Positions 11,730 through 27,586 of a stretch of DNA of 61,869 bases are shown one piece after another (within the stretch, counting starts at the first letter, position 1; each line of letters opens with the position of its first letter). Below the pieces are notes generated by a model, which made no database searches, was not told where the DNA came from, and worked only from the letters and a program-made list of their open reading frames with translations. The translations under genes and the position numbers were made by a program. The DNA is from Gammaproteobacteria bacterium (lineage in GTDB: Bacteria > Pseudomonadota > Gammaproteobacteria > GCA-002705445 > GCA-002716945). The stretch lies in the NCBI GenBank assembly GCA_018670435.1, contig JABHRC010000014.1:1-61869 (forward strand), read 5' to 3'.

Positions 11730-12632
11730 TTAATATCTTATACCATGGACAGAATTTTCTAAGGGAATTTTTATCATTGAGTTCATCAAGTCTCTTATGA
11801 AGCTATCTTTTTTGTTATATGTGATGAGTTCTGCGCTATTGAAATATTTTTCATTAACATCGTATATGGAAGCTATTTCATCTATCAAACCATTTTTGAC
11901 AGCTTCTGCGCCTGTCCAAAATAAACCTGTAAAAACATCTTTTCCATTTATTTTATTCTCTCTCGAGATTTTTATGTCACTAATAAACTGGTTATGAATA
12001 CTATCAAGCAGTGTTTCTAAGTGTGATTTATGCTTTTCAGAAAGTTTATTAAATGGATCCAGTATTGTTTTATCTTCACCGGAGGAAATAATCTGAGATT
12101 CTATACCAATTTTTTCCATTAATGATGATACATTAAAACTATCTAAGCGAACCCCTATAGAGCCAACTATGCTAGATGAATTAGCAAATATCATTTCTCC
12201 ACTAGCAGCAATATAGTAACCGCCGGATGCTCCAACATCCTCTATTACAGCATAAATCTTTTTATCATTTACTTTCTTAAATTTATTTATTTCATCAAAT
12301 ATAACTTTTGATTGTGTTGCGCTACCACCGGGGCTATTAATTTTTAATATTATCCCTAAACAAGCACTATTATTGATAGCTTCTCTAACATGAGGAATAA
12401 TGCTTTCGGTATTTACTGGTCCATTAGCTGAGATTTGACCATTTATATTTATTATAGCTATATGGTCATTTGAATAACTAATGCTGGAAGAAGATGAAAA
12501 TGCTACCAATAAAAATATTAGAACAAATACTGAAAATATTATTATCCTTCTAACGAATCTATATCTTCTCTCAGACTCTCTCTCTTTTATTAGAGAATCA
12601 ACTATACTTTTTAGAATATCGTTATCTTCCAT
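11730..12632 (-). CDS. sppA: S49 family peptidase (short SppA-like signal peptide peptidase)
   Basis: N-terminal TM, INSPGGS, ASGGYYIAAS, SIVGSIGV, FTGLFWTG. Confidence 0.85.
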   Translation of the reverse strand: MEDNDILKSIVDSLIKERESERRYRFVRRIIIFSVFVLIFLLVAFSSSSSISYSNDHIAIININGQISANGPVNTESIIPHVREAINNSACLGIILKINSPGGSATQSKVIFDEINKFKKVNDKKIYAVIEDVGASGGYYIAASGEMIFANSSSIVGSIGVRLDSFNVSSLMEKIGIESQIISSGEDKTILDPFNKLSEKHKSHLETLLDSIHNQFISDIKISRENKINGKDVFTGLFWTGAEAVKNGLIDEIASIYDVNEKYFNSAELITYNKKDSFIRDLMNSMIKIPLENSVHGIRY

Positions 12633-12664
12633 ATCGCTACCTTTAATATAAGTTATAATTAATT

Positions 12665-13603
12665 TTATAGGTCATTTTTTAAATTATCAATGACTAACGT
12701 GAGATCATCCGGCTGAGGTGCCTCGATTGTATGTTTGCCTTTATAAAAGAATGAAATATTTTTTGAATGCAAAAACATTCTTTTTAACCCATATTCTCTT
12801 AACCTTTTATTAACCTCTTTATCTCCATATTTTGTATCTCCGCAAACAGGCTGTCCAATGCTCAAGGCATGAACACGAATTTGATGCATTCTTCCAGTCT
12901 CAATTTTAATATTAACCAAACAACATTCTTTGTATTGTCTCAATAAAGATATATAAGACAATGCATCTTTGCCCTTGCCGTCCTCAGATAATGAAACGGA
13001 ATTAGACTTATTACCTTTATTTCTTACTAACGAATGTTCTACAGCTATTATATCTCCTTTTAAAGTCCCAGATAATAATGACATATAATTCTTTTCTACA
13101 GCGCCCGACATAAATATTTTTCCCAGTGCCGAAGCGGTTTGATAATTTTTTGCAAGTATTAAGCAACCACTAGTATTTTTATCTAACCTATGAACTAGAG
13201 AAAGGGATTTGTATTTTTCAACTGATTTAAGAGATGACATTATATCATGCTCGATCTTTGATCCAGAATGCACAGCTATCCCTGCAGGTTTATTAATTAC
13301 CATAAAATCATCATTTTCATATAATATGATTTTCTTTAGACCCCTTGTTAAGAAATTCGAGATAGATTGGGATGTTAAATCAACTGAAACAGGTGGTATC
13401 CTGACAATATCATTGGTCTTCAATCTATATAAAGGTTTTACTCTCCCGCTATTAACCCTGACCTGCCCACCACGTATTATCTTATATATAAGGCTATTTG
13501 GGACACCAGTAAGTATTTTTCTCAGATAATTATCTAACCTTTGCCCCTCTTGTTCTGCTGGGATTTTAATTTTTCTTACTGTTATTTTGTTTGAATCAGG
13601 CAT
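12665..13603 (-). CDS. rluC: 23S rRNA pseudouridine synthase, RluA family with S4 domain
   Basis: GQRLDNYL, VHRLDKNTSG catalytic Asp, TGRMHQIRVH; divergent from rne as is typical for rluC. Confidence 0.93.
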   Translation of the reverse strand: MPDSNKITVRKIKIPAEQEGQRLDNYLRKILTGVPNSLIYKIIRGGQVRVNSGRVKPLYRLKTNDIVRIPPVSVDLTSQSISNFLTRGLKKIILYENDDFMVINKPAGIAVHSGSKIEHDIMSSLKSVEKYKSLSLVHRLDKNTSGCLILAKNYQTASALGKIFMSGAVEKNYMSLLSGTLKGDIIAVEHSLVRNKGNKSNSVSLSEDGKGKDALSYISLLRQYKECCLVNIKIETGRMHQIRVHALSIGQPVCGDTKYGDKEVNKRLREYGLKRMFLHSKNISFFYKGKHTIEAPQPDDLTLVIDNLKNDL

Positions 13604-13650
13604 ATGAGTTAATAATTAGACACAATATTAATTGAAGATAGTGTAGATCA

Positions 13651-13710
13651 TTGATATATTAATTCAAAGATTTTTATATTGTTTAAAAAAATTAGCCGAA
13701 AACTGGCTAA
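13651..13710 (+). promoter_or_regulatory. Possible rne promoter and 5' leader hairpin
   Basis: TTGATA-18 bp-TATATT (13651-13680), followed by hairpin TTAGCC-GAAAACT-GGCTAA (13692-13710). Would give a leader of about 200 nt. Confidence 0.3.
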
Positions 13711-13895
13711 ACTATTGAAAGATAAAGATTACTGGTATTAGGATAAATAGCTAAATAACGGTATATACAAGTAAATTAAACAATATTTGTTAAATAAAGT
13801 AAGGGTAAAAGTTACTATATTCATAATAAACTAGTGCTTTCACCAATTAATTAAAAATCATAACTATAAAGAGAAAATGAATTACAGGATTATAA

Positions 13896-15758
13896 ATGAA
13901 ACAAATATTAATAAATGCCTCTCAGAGAGAAGAGGTCAGGCTAGCTATTGTCGAGGACAACAAGCTTGCAGAGCTAGATATAGATTTACCATCGAAGAAC
14001 ATCAAGTCAAATATCTACAAAGGAACAATTTCTAGAGTAGAACCTAGCTTGGAAGCTGCATTTGTAAACTTTGGTAGAACCAGGCATGGATTCTTACCTT
14101 TCAAAGAGATATCTGAGGATATATTTACACCTGGAAAACAAAGATCTGCTCGAGATTGTATTGAACCTGGGAAAGAAATTGTCATACAAGTGGATAAAGA
14201 AGAAAGGGGCACGAAGGGTGCTGCTCTTACGACATTTTTAAGTCTTGCTGGAAAGTATCTTGTTCTATTACCAAAGAATCCAAATACTGGAGGAGTCTCT
14301 AGAAGGCTAGAAGGCAGTGATAGGATGGCGGCCAAGAAATTATTAAGTGAAATTAATATTCCAGATGGTATGAGCATAATACTAAGAACTTCTGGTTTAG
14401 ATACAACAAAAGAAACGCTTGAATGGGACATGAATTATCTAATCCAAATATTTGAGCAGATATTAGAAAGCTCAGTACTAAAAAAAGCACCTTTTTTAAT
14501 TTACGAAGAAAGCAGTATGCTGGCAAGAGTCATTAGAGATTATATTGATGAGACCGTTCAAGAAGTTATCATTGATGATGAGAAATACTATAATAATTTT
14601 ATAAATGGTAAAGATCACTTTATACCTCATTCAAATATTAAAATTGAACATTATACAAAATCAGTACCATTATTTAGTAATTTTGGCGTTGAAGCACAAG
14701 TGCAAAGTGTATATAGAAAAAAAGTTACTCTACCTTCAGGTGGAAATATAGTATTCGACACGACAGAAGCTTTAACTAGTATAGATGTTAACTCTGCTAG
14801 ATCAACAAAGGGTGGTGATATAGAAGAAACCGCTCTTAACACTAATCTTGAAGCAGCTGATTCATTAGCAGTTCAACTTAGATTGAGAGATATAGGTGGT
14901 TTAATCGTAGTAGACTTTATTGATATGACGTCCTTAAGTTCTCAAAAATCAGTAATCTCTAAAATGGCACACCTTTCAAAAATAGATAAAGCAAAAATGC
15001 AATTCAGCAGGATTTCTAAATTTGGATTAATGGAAATTTCAAGACAAAAACTGAAGTCTTCTATTATTGATAATAATATTGAACATTGTCCCACATGTGG
15101 CGGAACAGGTGAGATAAAATCTTTATCAACATTATCTATCAATTTAGCCAGAGTACTTGAAGAAGAGGCGATGAAAACAGAAAAGCCTATGATAGTGTAT
15201 CTTCCTGTAAGACTAGCTACATACTTAATGAATGAGCAGAGGGAAGTCGTTAAAGGAATAGAAGAAAGACAAAGGGTTTCTATTAAAGTTGTTCCTGATA
15301 ACACAATCGAGGGTGCAAATTATTTAATTGACAAAAATAGTATGGAGACTGGAGCATTTAAAGCATCTATAGCTAAAAACAATCATAAAGTTAAAAAGAC
15401 ACTAAATGAAACAAGTTCCCATTATCAGGAGGCATTAGTTAAAGCTGTAACACCTAAGACAGCTCCTCCAAAGCCGTCTACAAGACCAAAGAAATCATTT
15501 AATTATAAGAAAAAATCTATATTTAAAAGACTTTCAGACTTCTTAAAATCATTAATTGGGATTAAGCCGAAAAGAGCATATAGGGGCAAAAATTTTAACG
15601 GAAGAAGAAGATATAATAATAAGAATAATTATTCAAAATATAATAACAACAATAAATATAAATCTTTTAATAAAAAGAAACCTTATTTCAATAAGAATAA
15701 TTCTTCAGCTAAAAAGTCATTGAATCATGCTGAAATGAAGAAAACCAAAAGTGACTAA
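13896..15758 (+). CDS. rne: Ribonuclease E, short form (620 aa)
   Basis: NIYKGTISRVEPSLEAAFV, IDVNSAR, DIGGLIVVDFIDM, Zn-link CPTCGGTG, amphipathic membrane-targeting helix KKSIFKRLSDFLKSLIG. Confidence 0.95.
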   Translation: MKQILINASQREEVRLAIVEDNKLAELDIDLPSKNIKSNIYKGTISRVEPSLEAAFVNFGRTRHGFLPFKEISEDIFTPGKQRSARDCIEPGKEIVIQVDKEERGTKGAALTTFLSLAGKYLVLLPKNPNTGGVSRRLEGSDRMAAKKLLSEINIPDGMSIILRTSGLDTTKETLEWDMNYLIQIFEQILESSVLKKAPFLIYEESSMLARVIRDYIDETVQEVIIDDEKYYNNFINGKDHFIPHSNIKIEHYTKSVPLFSNFGVEAQVQSVYRKKVTLPSGGNIVFDTTEALTSIDVNSARSTKGGDIEETALNTNLEAADSLAVQLRLRDIGGLIVVDFIDMTSLSSQKSVISKMAHLSKIDKAKMQFSRISKFGLMEISRQKLKSSIIDNNIEHCPTCGGTGEIKSLSTLSINLARVLEEEAMKTEKPMIVYLPVRLATYLMNEQREVVKGIEERQRVSIKVVPDNTIEGANYLIDKNSMETGAFKASIAKNNHKVKKTLNETSSHYQEALVKAVTPKTAPPKPSTRPKKSFNYKKKSIFKRLSDFLKSLIGIKPKRAYRGKNFNGRRRYNNKNNYSKYNNNNKYKSFNKKKPYFNKNNSSAKKSLNHAEMKKTKSD

Positions 15759-17151
15759 TGATTAGATTCCTGATTAGAATATTTTTTATTTCAATTAGTG
15801 TTATAGCACTACTATTTATACTAAAAGATTTTAATCCATTGAATGAAGATGATTATGCTCGTATTCTTAAAAATAATGAACTAAAAGTAGTTACCCGATT
15901 TGGGCCATCAGACTACTATGAAGTTCAGAATGAAGAAAATGGTTATACCTATGACATCTTAAAAGGATTTGCTGATTTCATTAATGTAAAGCTCCGTATA
16001 GTTACAATAAATAATCTTGATGATGCTATTAATGCTCTTAATAATAGAGAAGTTGATATGCTTGCAAATATGGGAATCACAAATAATGTTAAGCTTTCAT
16101 ATTCTTATAATAAAACAGATCAATATATCGTATATAATTCTCAATTCACCTCTAAGCCAAAAGCAATAACTAGTCTTGATTCTATTGAAATAATAGACTC
16201 TATTTCAATCAAGAATAATTTAGATAAATTTCTTGGAACTAATGACATTGAATTAATTATATCAAAAGAAAAGAATGTTGATGAGATAGTAAATTTATTA
16301 AAAGATAACAAAATAAAATATACAGTTATAAATGAGAATGAATTAACAATATTTAACAAATATTTTCCACAAATAAAAATAGGATTTAAAATTGGAGAAG
16401 ATGTTCCTTCTACATGGGCAGTTCCAGAAAATACAAATTATCGGCTTGAGGATAAGTTATCAGAATATTTTACCGAAATATTGAAAGCCAATAAGCTAAA
16501 AATATTTTATAGGAAACATTTTACTGATAAGCTTCAATATACATTTGTTGGGACAAGAAGTTTCCTATCAGATTTATTAAACACCTTCCCTCTTTACGAA
16601 TTCCATTTTAAAAAGTATGCCAAAATATATAAACACGACTGGAGGTTGCTCGCAAGTATTGGATATCAAGAGTCAAAATGGGACAAAGATGCCGTTTCAT
16701 ATACAGGCGTAAGGGGACTAATGATGTTAACTAAGAATACAGCTAAAGAAGTAAAAATTATTAACAGGGAAGATCCATTTCAAAGTATTGAGGGAGGTGC
16801 AAAATACTTAAGAAAGTTAATAAATAATCTTCCAGATACGATAAATACTAATGATAGAATTTGGTTTGCAATTGCGTCATACAATATTGGATTTCGTCAT
16901 GTTGAAGATGCTATTCTGATGGCTCAGAATGATGGAGTTGATTCAGGCAGTTGGTCTATAGTAGAGCCTTATGTTTTGAAATTGAGCCAGTCTAAATATT
17001 ATAAAAATACCAAATATGGTTATGCAAGAGGTTGGGAAACGATTAAGTATGTTCAAAATATTAGACAATATTATGATATCCTAGTATTCTTAGACTCTCA
17101 AGATAATAACAGCAAAACTAAACAAATAGATAATGGAATCCCGAGTACCTT

Positions 17152-17155
<4 letters not shown>
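15758..17155 (+). CDS. mltF: Membrane-bound lytic murein transglycosylase F
   Basis: N-terminal TM, periplasmic-binding-like domain, SLT domain [30 protein letters not shown]. Confidence 0.92.
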
Positions 17156-22790
<5,635 letters not shown>

Positions 22791-22855
22791 AGATAACCCT
22801 TACATAGATTATAATATTATCTCAGGTATAATACTACTATCAGGAGAAAACAATA

Positions 22856-23239
22856 ATGAAATCAAAAAATAAATTTTTAGATGTATTTAAAAATCCTCAT
22901 GCAAAGGAAGACTATTTGATTACAATGGAAATACCTGAATTTACATGTTTATGTCCACTAACAGGTCAGCCTGACTTTGCCGAGTTTGTTATAAACTATG
23001 TTCCAGATAAACTATGTGTTGAATTGAAATCTGTGAAGCTATATATGGGCTCCTTTAGAGACGTAGGTGCATTCCATGAAGATAATACTAATAATGTGCT
23101 AAAAGATATATCAGATCTTATTAGACCTAGATATATATCTGTTATTGGCTACTGGAAAGTCAGGGGAGGCATAGTGACAACTATCACCACCAAAAGTATA
23201 AAAAGAGGCTGGAAAGATAAAAATAATATTCTAGTTTAA
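22856..23239 (+). CDS. queF: preQ0 reductase, unimodular (type I) QueF
   Basis: EFTCLCPLTGQPDF, VELKSVKLY, FHED, RGG. AGGAGA Shine-Dalgarno. Confidence 0.93.
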   Translation: MKSKNKFLDVFKNPHAKEDYLITMEIPEFTCLCPLTGQPDFAEFVINYVPDKLCVELKSVKLYMGSFRDVGAFHEDNTNNVLKDISDLIRPRYISVIGYWKVRGGIVTTITTKSIKRGWKDKNNILV

Positions 23240-23240
23240 A

Positions 23241-24080
23241 ATGAAATCATTTAATCTATCTCTGCTTGTTATTATTGTATCAACTACCTTTTCTATACAA
23301 GTAAGAGCTTCCGATGATTTAGTCCTGAATACTAAAGGAGGTCTTTATATACATGAGCTTAAAGATTATGACTTAAGTTCTAGTGTTTTTTTAGATAATC
23401 AACGGTTATTAGCTATAAGACATAAAGACAAGAATTTTCTGATATATGGAATTCCATATAATAGTGAGTTGGGGGAAAACAGTCTTGAGATTAAAATCAA
23501 TAATGACATTCGTCGTCTAGATTTCAATATTAAACCTAAGTTCTTCGATACCCAAAAAATACGTATTAGTTCGAAGTATTCAAATTTAAGTCTAGCAAGC
23601 CAAGAAAGGGTTGTCTTTGAGTCAAATCATCTTAAGCAGGCAAAAGATTATTGGTACAATATTTTCCCAGATTTAAAATTTACTATTCCGGCAAATGGTA
23701 TTGTTACTGGCAGATTTGGCACTAAAAGATTTTATAATGGGAAAGTAGGAAATCCTCATAATGGTTTAGATATTGGGGCAGAAAAAGGTACTAAGATCAT
23801 GGCTCCGTCTGCTGGCAAGATTATTCTAACAGGCCATTATTATTATAATGGCAAATTTATACTGCTAGATCATGGAATGGGTCTAAAAAGTATATTTATT
23901 CATCTAGATGAAATCTTGGTTGAAAAAGGGCAACTTGTAAAGAAAGGAGAACTAATTGGAAAAATAGGTAATACTGGTAAATCGTCAGGACCACATCTAC
24001 ATTGGTCATTAATACTCAATAAGACCTATATCGACCCTGAGTATTTTTTAAATGGCCAAATAATTGATTATTTTCCTTGA
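23241..24080 (+). CDS. M23 family metallopeptidase, secreted
   Basis: N-terminal signal-like segment, HNGLDIG (HxxxD), GKSSGPHLHW (HxH). Confidence 0.9.
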   Translation: MKSFNLSLLVIIVSTTFSIQVRASDDLVLNTKGGLYIHELKDYDLSSSVFLDNQRLLAIRHKDKNFLIYGIPYNSELGENSLEIKINNDIRRLDFNIKPKFFDTQKIRISSKYSNLSLASQERVVFESNHLKQAKDYWYNIFPDLKFTIPANGIVTGRFGTKRFYNGKVGNPHNGLDIGAEKGTKIMAPSAGKIILTGHYYYNGKFILLDHGMGLKSIFIHLDEILVEKGQLVKKGELIGKIGNTGKSSGPHLHWSLILNKTYIDPEYFLNGQIIDYFP

Positions 24081-24134
24081 AGGTTGAATGAATACATAGC
24101 AAAATAGAATATGTTATAAAAAAGGAGGGGTATA

Positions 24135-24407
24135 ATGCCACAATATGTAATAGAAAGAGAAATCCCAGGAGCTGGTGATTTAGAAAAAGCTGACTTACAG
24201 GGTATTTCACAAAAATCGTGTGGAATATTAAAAGATATGGGTACTGGAATAGAATGGGTTCATAGCTATGTGACGGGTGATAAAGTTTACTGTGTTTATA
24301 ATGCTGAAAACGAAGATCTTATTAAGCAACATGCTTCAACAGGTGGGTTTCCTGCAAATAAAATATCAGAAGTTAAAAATATTATCAGCCCCAAAACCGC
24401 TGAATAA
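24135..24407 (+). CDS. DUF4242 family protein (SCO4226-like)
   Basis: MPQYVIEREIPGAG, WVHSYVTGDKVYCVY, HA..GGFPANKISEV. AGGAGG Shine-Dalgarno. Confidence 0.85.
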   Translation: MPQYVIEREIPGAGDLEKADLQGISQKSCGILKDMGTGIEWVHSYVTGDKVYCVYNAENEDLIKQHASTGGFPANKISEVKNIISPKTAE

Positions 24408-24432
24408 TAATATAACTAAAGTTATCTAAATG

Positions 24433-24461
24433 AAAACCCATTCATTCGAATGGGTTTTTTT
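24433..24461 (+). terminator. Intrinsic terminator, possibly bidirectional, overlapping the der 3' end
   Basis: AAAACCCATTC-ATTC-GAATGGGTTTT followed by TTT, between the convergent DUF4242 and der genes. Confidence 0.75.
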
Positions 24462-25752
24462 GTTTAGATAGCGTTATCTTTATTGGAACCCCAACTAATT
24501 TTAATTTAGTAATAAAGTAGTTTTTCAAATACTTCTCATAAGAAGTTGGTAACTTGTCAGTTTGATTACCAAAAATAATAATAGATAAGGAGTCTGACTT
24601 TGCTTGTTGGGCAAATTTTAATTTAATTCTCCGATTATTAATCATGGGGGGTTGATGTTCTTCCAATGCTTCATTTAATAACTCAGTTAATAACGATGAC
24701 TTGTATCTCTTATATATTGAATAAGAAATATTACTGATTGTATAAAGTAACTTTTTGATATTCTGATTACTAATTGCTGATATTAATATTATCGAAGCAT
24801 TATCTATAATATTAGAAAAGTATTCTAACTCTTTTTTTAGCTCCTTAATTTCTAGCCTAGTTTTTGTATCAATTTTATTTAGTACTATTACAAATGCTTT
24901 ATTATATTTTTTTATTATATTAAGTATAATTTTATCTTGTTTAGTAATACCTTCTTCAGCATCTATCATAAATACACAAATATCTGTTGTCTTAATAGTT
25001 TCTAATGTTGACCCAATGCTAAATTTCTGTAAGGTGGTTATTGTTTTAGATTTCCTAGTGATGCCAGCAGTATCATATAACAAAAAGTTATTATTTTTAA
25101 ATTTAAATGGTATTTCAACTGCATCTAATGTAGTTCCTGCAATATCAGAGATAATCATCCTTTCTTCGTTAAGAAGAGTGTTGATTAATGTTGATTTACC
25201 CGAATTAGGTTTTCCTATAATAGATATTCTTCTAAAAATATCTTTTTCTACATATGTTTCTGTAGAGCCAACACTTGATATCTTCTCTTTTAACTCCTTC
25301 AGTCCAATGTTATTTTTTGCAGATACTATGTATACCTCTTTCATCCCTAATTCATAAAACTCACTTATTGGTTGAGACTTTCTTGTTAGATCACACTTAT
25401 TAACTAATAGGACAGTATTCCTATCAAGCTTTCGTAACATTTTACATATTTCTTTATCTTGATTGGTCAGACCATCAGCAGCAGACACAACAAATAGTAT
25501 TAACTTTGCTTGAGAAATAGATTTTAGGACTTTATCAATAATTAGCTGACTAAATTCATCAGCAATTTCAGGTATACCACCCGTATCTTCAATATAGATA
25601 GTTTTACCATCTAATTCTATATAGCCAGAATTAATGTCTCTAGTAACGCCATGATAATTTATAACCAAAGACTTCTTAGCTTTAGTTAGTTTATTAAATA
25701 GTAGTGATTTGCCTACGTTTGTTCTGCCAACAATGGCAATGCTCTCATTCAT
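24442..25752 (-). CDS. der: Ribosome biogenesis GTPase Der (EngA)
   Basis: Two GTPase domains (GRTNVGKS/DTGG/NKCD and GKPNSGKS/DTAG/NKID) plus KH-like C-terminus. ATG 25752. Confidence 0.96.
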   Translation of the reverse strand: MNESIAIVGRTNVGKSLLFNKLTKAKKSLVINYHGVTRDINSGYIELDGKTIYIEDTGGIPEIADEFSQLIIDKVLKSISQAKLILFVVSAADGLTNQDKEICKMLRKLDRNTVLLVNKCDLTRKSQPISEFYELGMKEVYIVSAKNNIGLKELKEKISSVGSTETYVEKDIFRRISIIGKPNSGKSTLINTLLNEERMIISDIAGTTLDAVEIPFKFKNNNFLLYDTAGITRKSKTITTLQKFSIGSTLETIKTTDICVFMIDAEEGITKQDKIILNIIKKYNKAFVIVLNKIDTKTRLEIKELKKELEYFSNIIDNASIILISAISNQNIKKLLYTISNISYSIYKRYKSSLLTELLNEALEEHQPPMINNRRIKLKFAQQAKSDSLSIIIFGNQTDKLPTSYEKYLKNYFITKLKLVGVPIKITLSKQKNPFE

Positions 25753-25760
25753 TGGTACAA

Positions 25761-26972
25761 TCAATCAATCTTAATTGCGTTGAGTCTACCATTTCTGCTA
25801 GTTATATAAAGTATTTTATCTAGTAATAACCCTCTAACTTGATTATCAACATCACTTAATAGTGAGACAGATGTAAGAAGTCGTCCCTTTTCTTTATCAA
25901 TAACCATAATATAGCCATTTGTTGAAACATTAATAAGATATTTATCATGAGAAAAAGATTGAGTCCCTACTAGACTATTTACCAAAGTTATTTTCCACTT
26001 TATAAAACCTGAAAATCTGTCTAAAGCAAATATAGCACCATAGCTATCTGCAACATAGATATAGTTTTCATCAATATCAATATTTGATAGGACAGACATA
26101 GGTGTAGACCAAATTATATTACCTGAAAAAGCATCGACAGATACAAGATTGCCTTGGAAAGAACCAATAAAGACTAGTCCGTCTTTAACATATGGCGTCA
26201 TTTCAATATCCCGAAGAGATTCTAATTCATTGCGGCCAGATTTTGGAGAAATTGATACTAGCCAATTTAATTTACCAGAATCTTTACTCAAAGAGACTAG
26301 ATTGCCATCATCTCTTGCTATGAATAAGTTATTATTTAGATTTGATATAGATCCCGAGCCTTTCATACTCAAAGGTACATTTTTACCTTTATATTGCCAT
26401 TCAATAGTTGAATTATCTATATTTACAGCAACAGTATTACCATCATCTAGCTTGATAAACATTAGATTATCTATGCCAAGACCAGTAGATGATACTTCGC
26501 TAATAAGTTGCACAAAGACATCTGGTTTAATTAAAGATTCTCGAAGCAAAGAAGTAATATTCAGTCTGTCTAACAATCCATATGAAGAATTTAGGCTGTC
26601 TATTTCATAGCCATAATATTTACCATCACTTGTGCCAAAAAAAAGCATATTTTGATGAAGTGACAAACCTGATGATACATTTAACTCTAAATCATAGACC
26701 CATTTGATACTTCCTGATGATAAGTCAATAGCAGTCACCCTACCCTCTGAATCTATAGTGTATGATACGTTATTACTAAATACTGGTTGCAAGGTTCCTG
26801 TTTTATAGCTTCTCTCTTCTCCAATATCAGTTGACCATAATAGTTTTACTTTTACACCTTGAAACTCTTGTGTCTGGTTAGCAACAAAATCAAAGTATCC
26901 CAGAGGATTTGACATTGAACAACTAGATATGAATAGAGATAAAATTATTATTATATATTTTTTCATAATCAC
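25761..26972 (-). CDS. bamB: Outer membrane protein assembly lipoprotein BamB
   Basis: Lipobox ISSC, PQQ-like beta-propeller repeats, yfgM-bamB-der synteny. Start is GTG 26972 or ATG 26966. Confidence 0.85.
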   Translation of the reverse strand: MIMKKYIIIILSLFISSCSMSNPLGYFDFVANQTQEFQGVKVKLLWSTDIGEERSYKTGTLQPVFSNNVSYTIDSEGRVTAIDLSSGSIKWVYDLELNVSSGLSLHQNMLFFGTSDGKYYGYEIDSLNSSYGLLDRLNITSLLRESLIKPDVFVQLISEVSSTGLGIDNLMFIKLDDGNTVAVNIDNSTIEWQYKGKNVPLSMKGSGSISNLNNNLFIARDDGNLVSLSKDSGKLNWLVSISPKSGRNELESLRDIEMTPYVKDGLVFIGSFQGNLVSVDAFSGNIIWSTPMSVLSNIDIDENYIYVADSYGAIFALDRFSGFIKWKITLVNSLVGTQSFSHDKYLINVSTNGYIMVIDKEKGRLLTSVSLLSDVDNQVRGLLLDKILYITSRNGRLNAIKID

Positions 26973-27586
26973 TGCACTGAATTAAGCTTATTTTCAATAA
27001 TTATTCTACTGTTAGGCGTTGTATCAAGTTTTAAACACGCTCTATAATACTCTTTTGCCTTTATTATATCGGATTGCAAGTAACTGATATCACCAAGCAT
27101 CTCAAGCAGCAGAATATTATTATTGTATCCAATTATTGATGTAATAAAATTTTCAGCATCATTATATTTTTCTTGTAAAATTAATATACGCGTATATCTA
27201 GTGTTAGCAATCATCTGCATCTCTTTTGAGCTAGAATTATTTATTATAAATTCAAGATTCTCAAGCGATTCTTTATACTTCTCCTGATCATGATATATTT
27301 TAGCAACATATAAGCTGATCATAGAAGTATATATGTTGGAAGGATGAGCTGCCTGATAATCTTTTGACAATGATATTACTTTATCATATTTGTTGTTCTG
27401 ATAGTCTTTAATAGCTTCCTCATACTTAAGTGATATTTCATACTGTTTATTAGAATTTATATCGGTATAATATTTAAATCCGAATACTACGAAGATTCCA
27501 AACAATAACCCAACAATTATATTCTTATAATTGTCTTTAAACCATGAAATCAATTTATCTTCTTCTTCTGTATACTGTCTACTCAT
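26969..27586 (-). CDS. yfgM: YfgM-like TPR ancillary SecYEG chaperone
   Basis: QYTEEE..LISWFKDN, single TM, TPR helices, EMLGDI; located between hisS and bamB. Confidence 0.85.
   Translation of the reverse strand: MSRQYTEEEDKLISWFKDNYKNIIVGLLFGIFVVFGFKYYTDINSNKQYEISLKYEEAIKDYQNNKYDKVISLSKDYQAAHPSNIYTSMISLYVAKIYHDQEKYKESLENLEFIINNSSSKEMQMIANTRYTRILILQEKYNDAENFITSIIGYNNNILLLEMLGDISYLQSDIIKAKEYYRACLKLDTTPNSRIIIENKLNSVQ

Noticed and set aside
15600-15710. AAT/AAC/TAT-rich low-complexity DNA as a tandem repeat or CRISPR-like array
   Set aside because: No fixed repeat unit or spacers; it is the coding tail of rne. I saw no CRISPR array or cas gene anywhere in the window.
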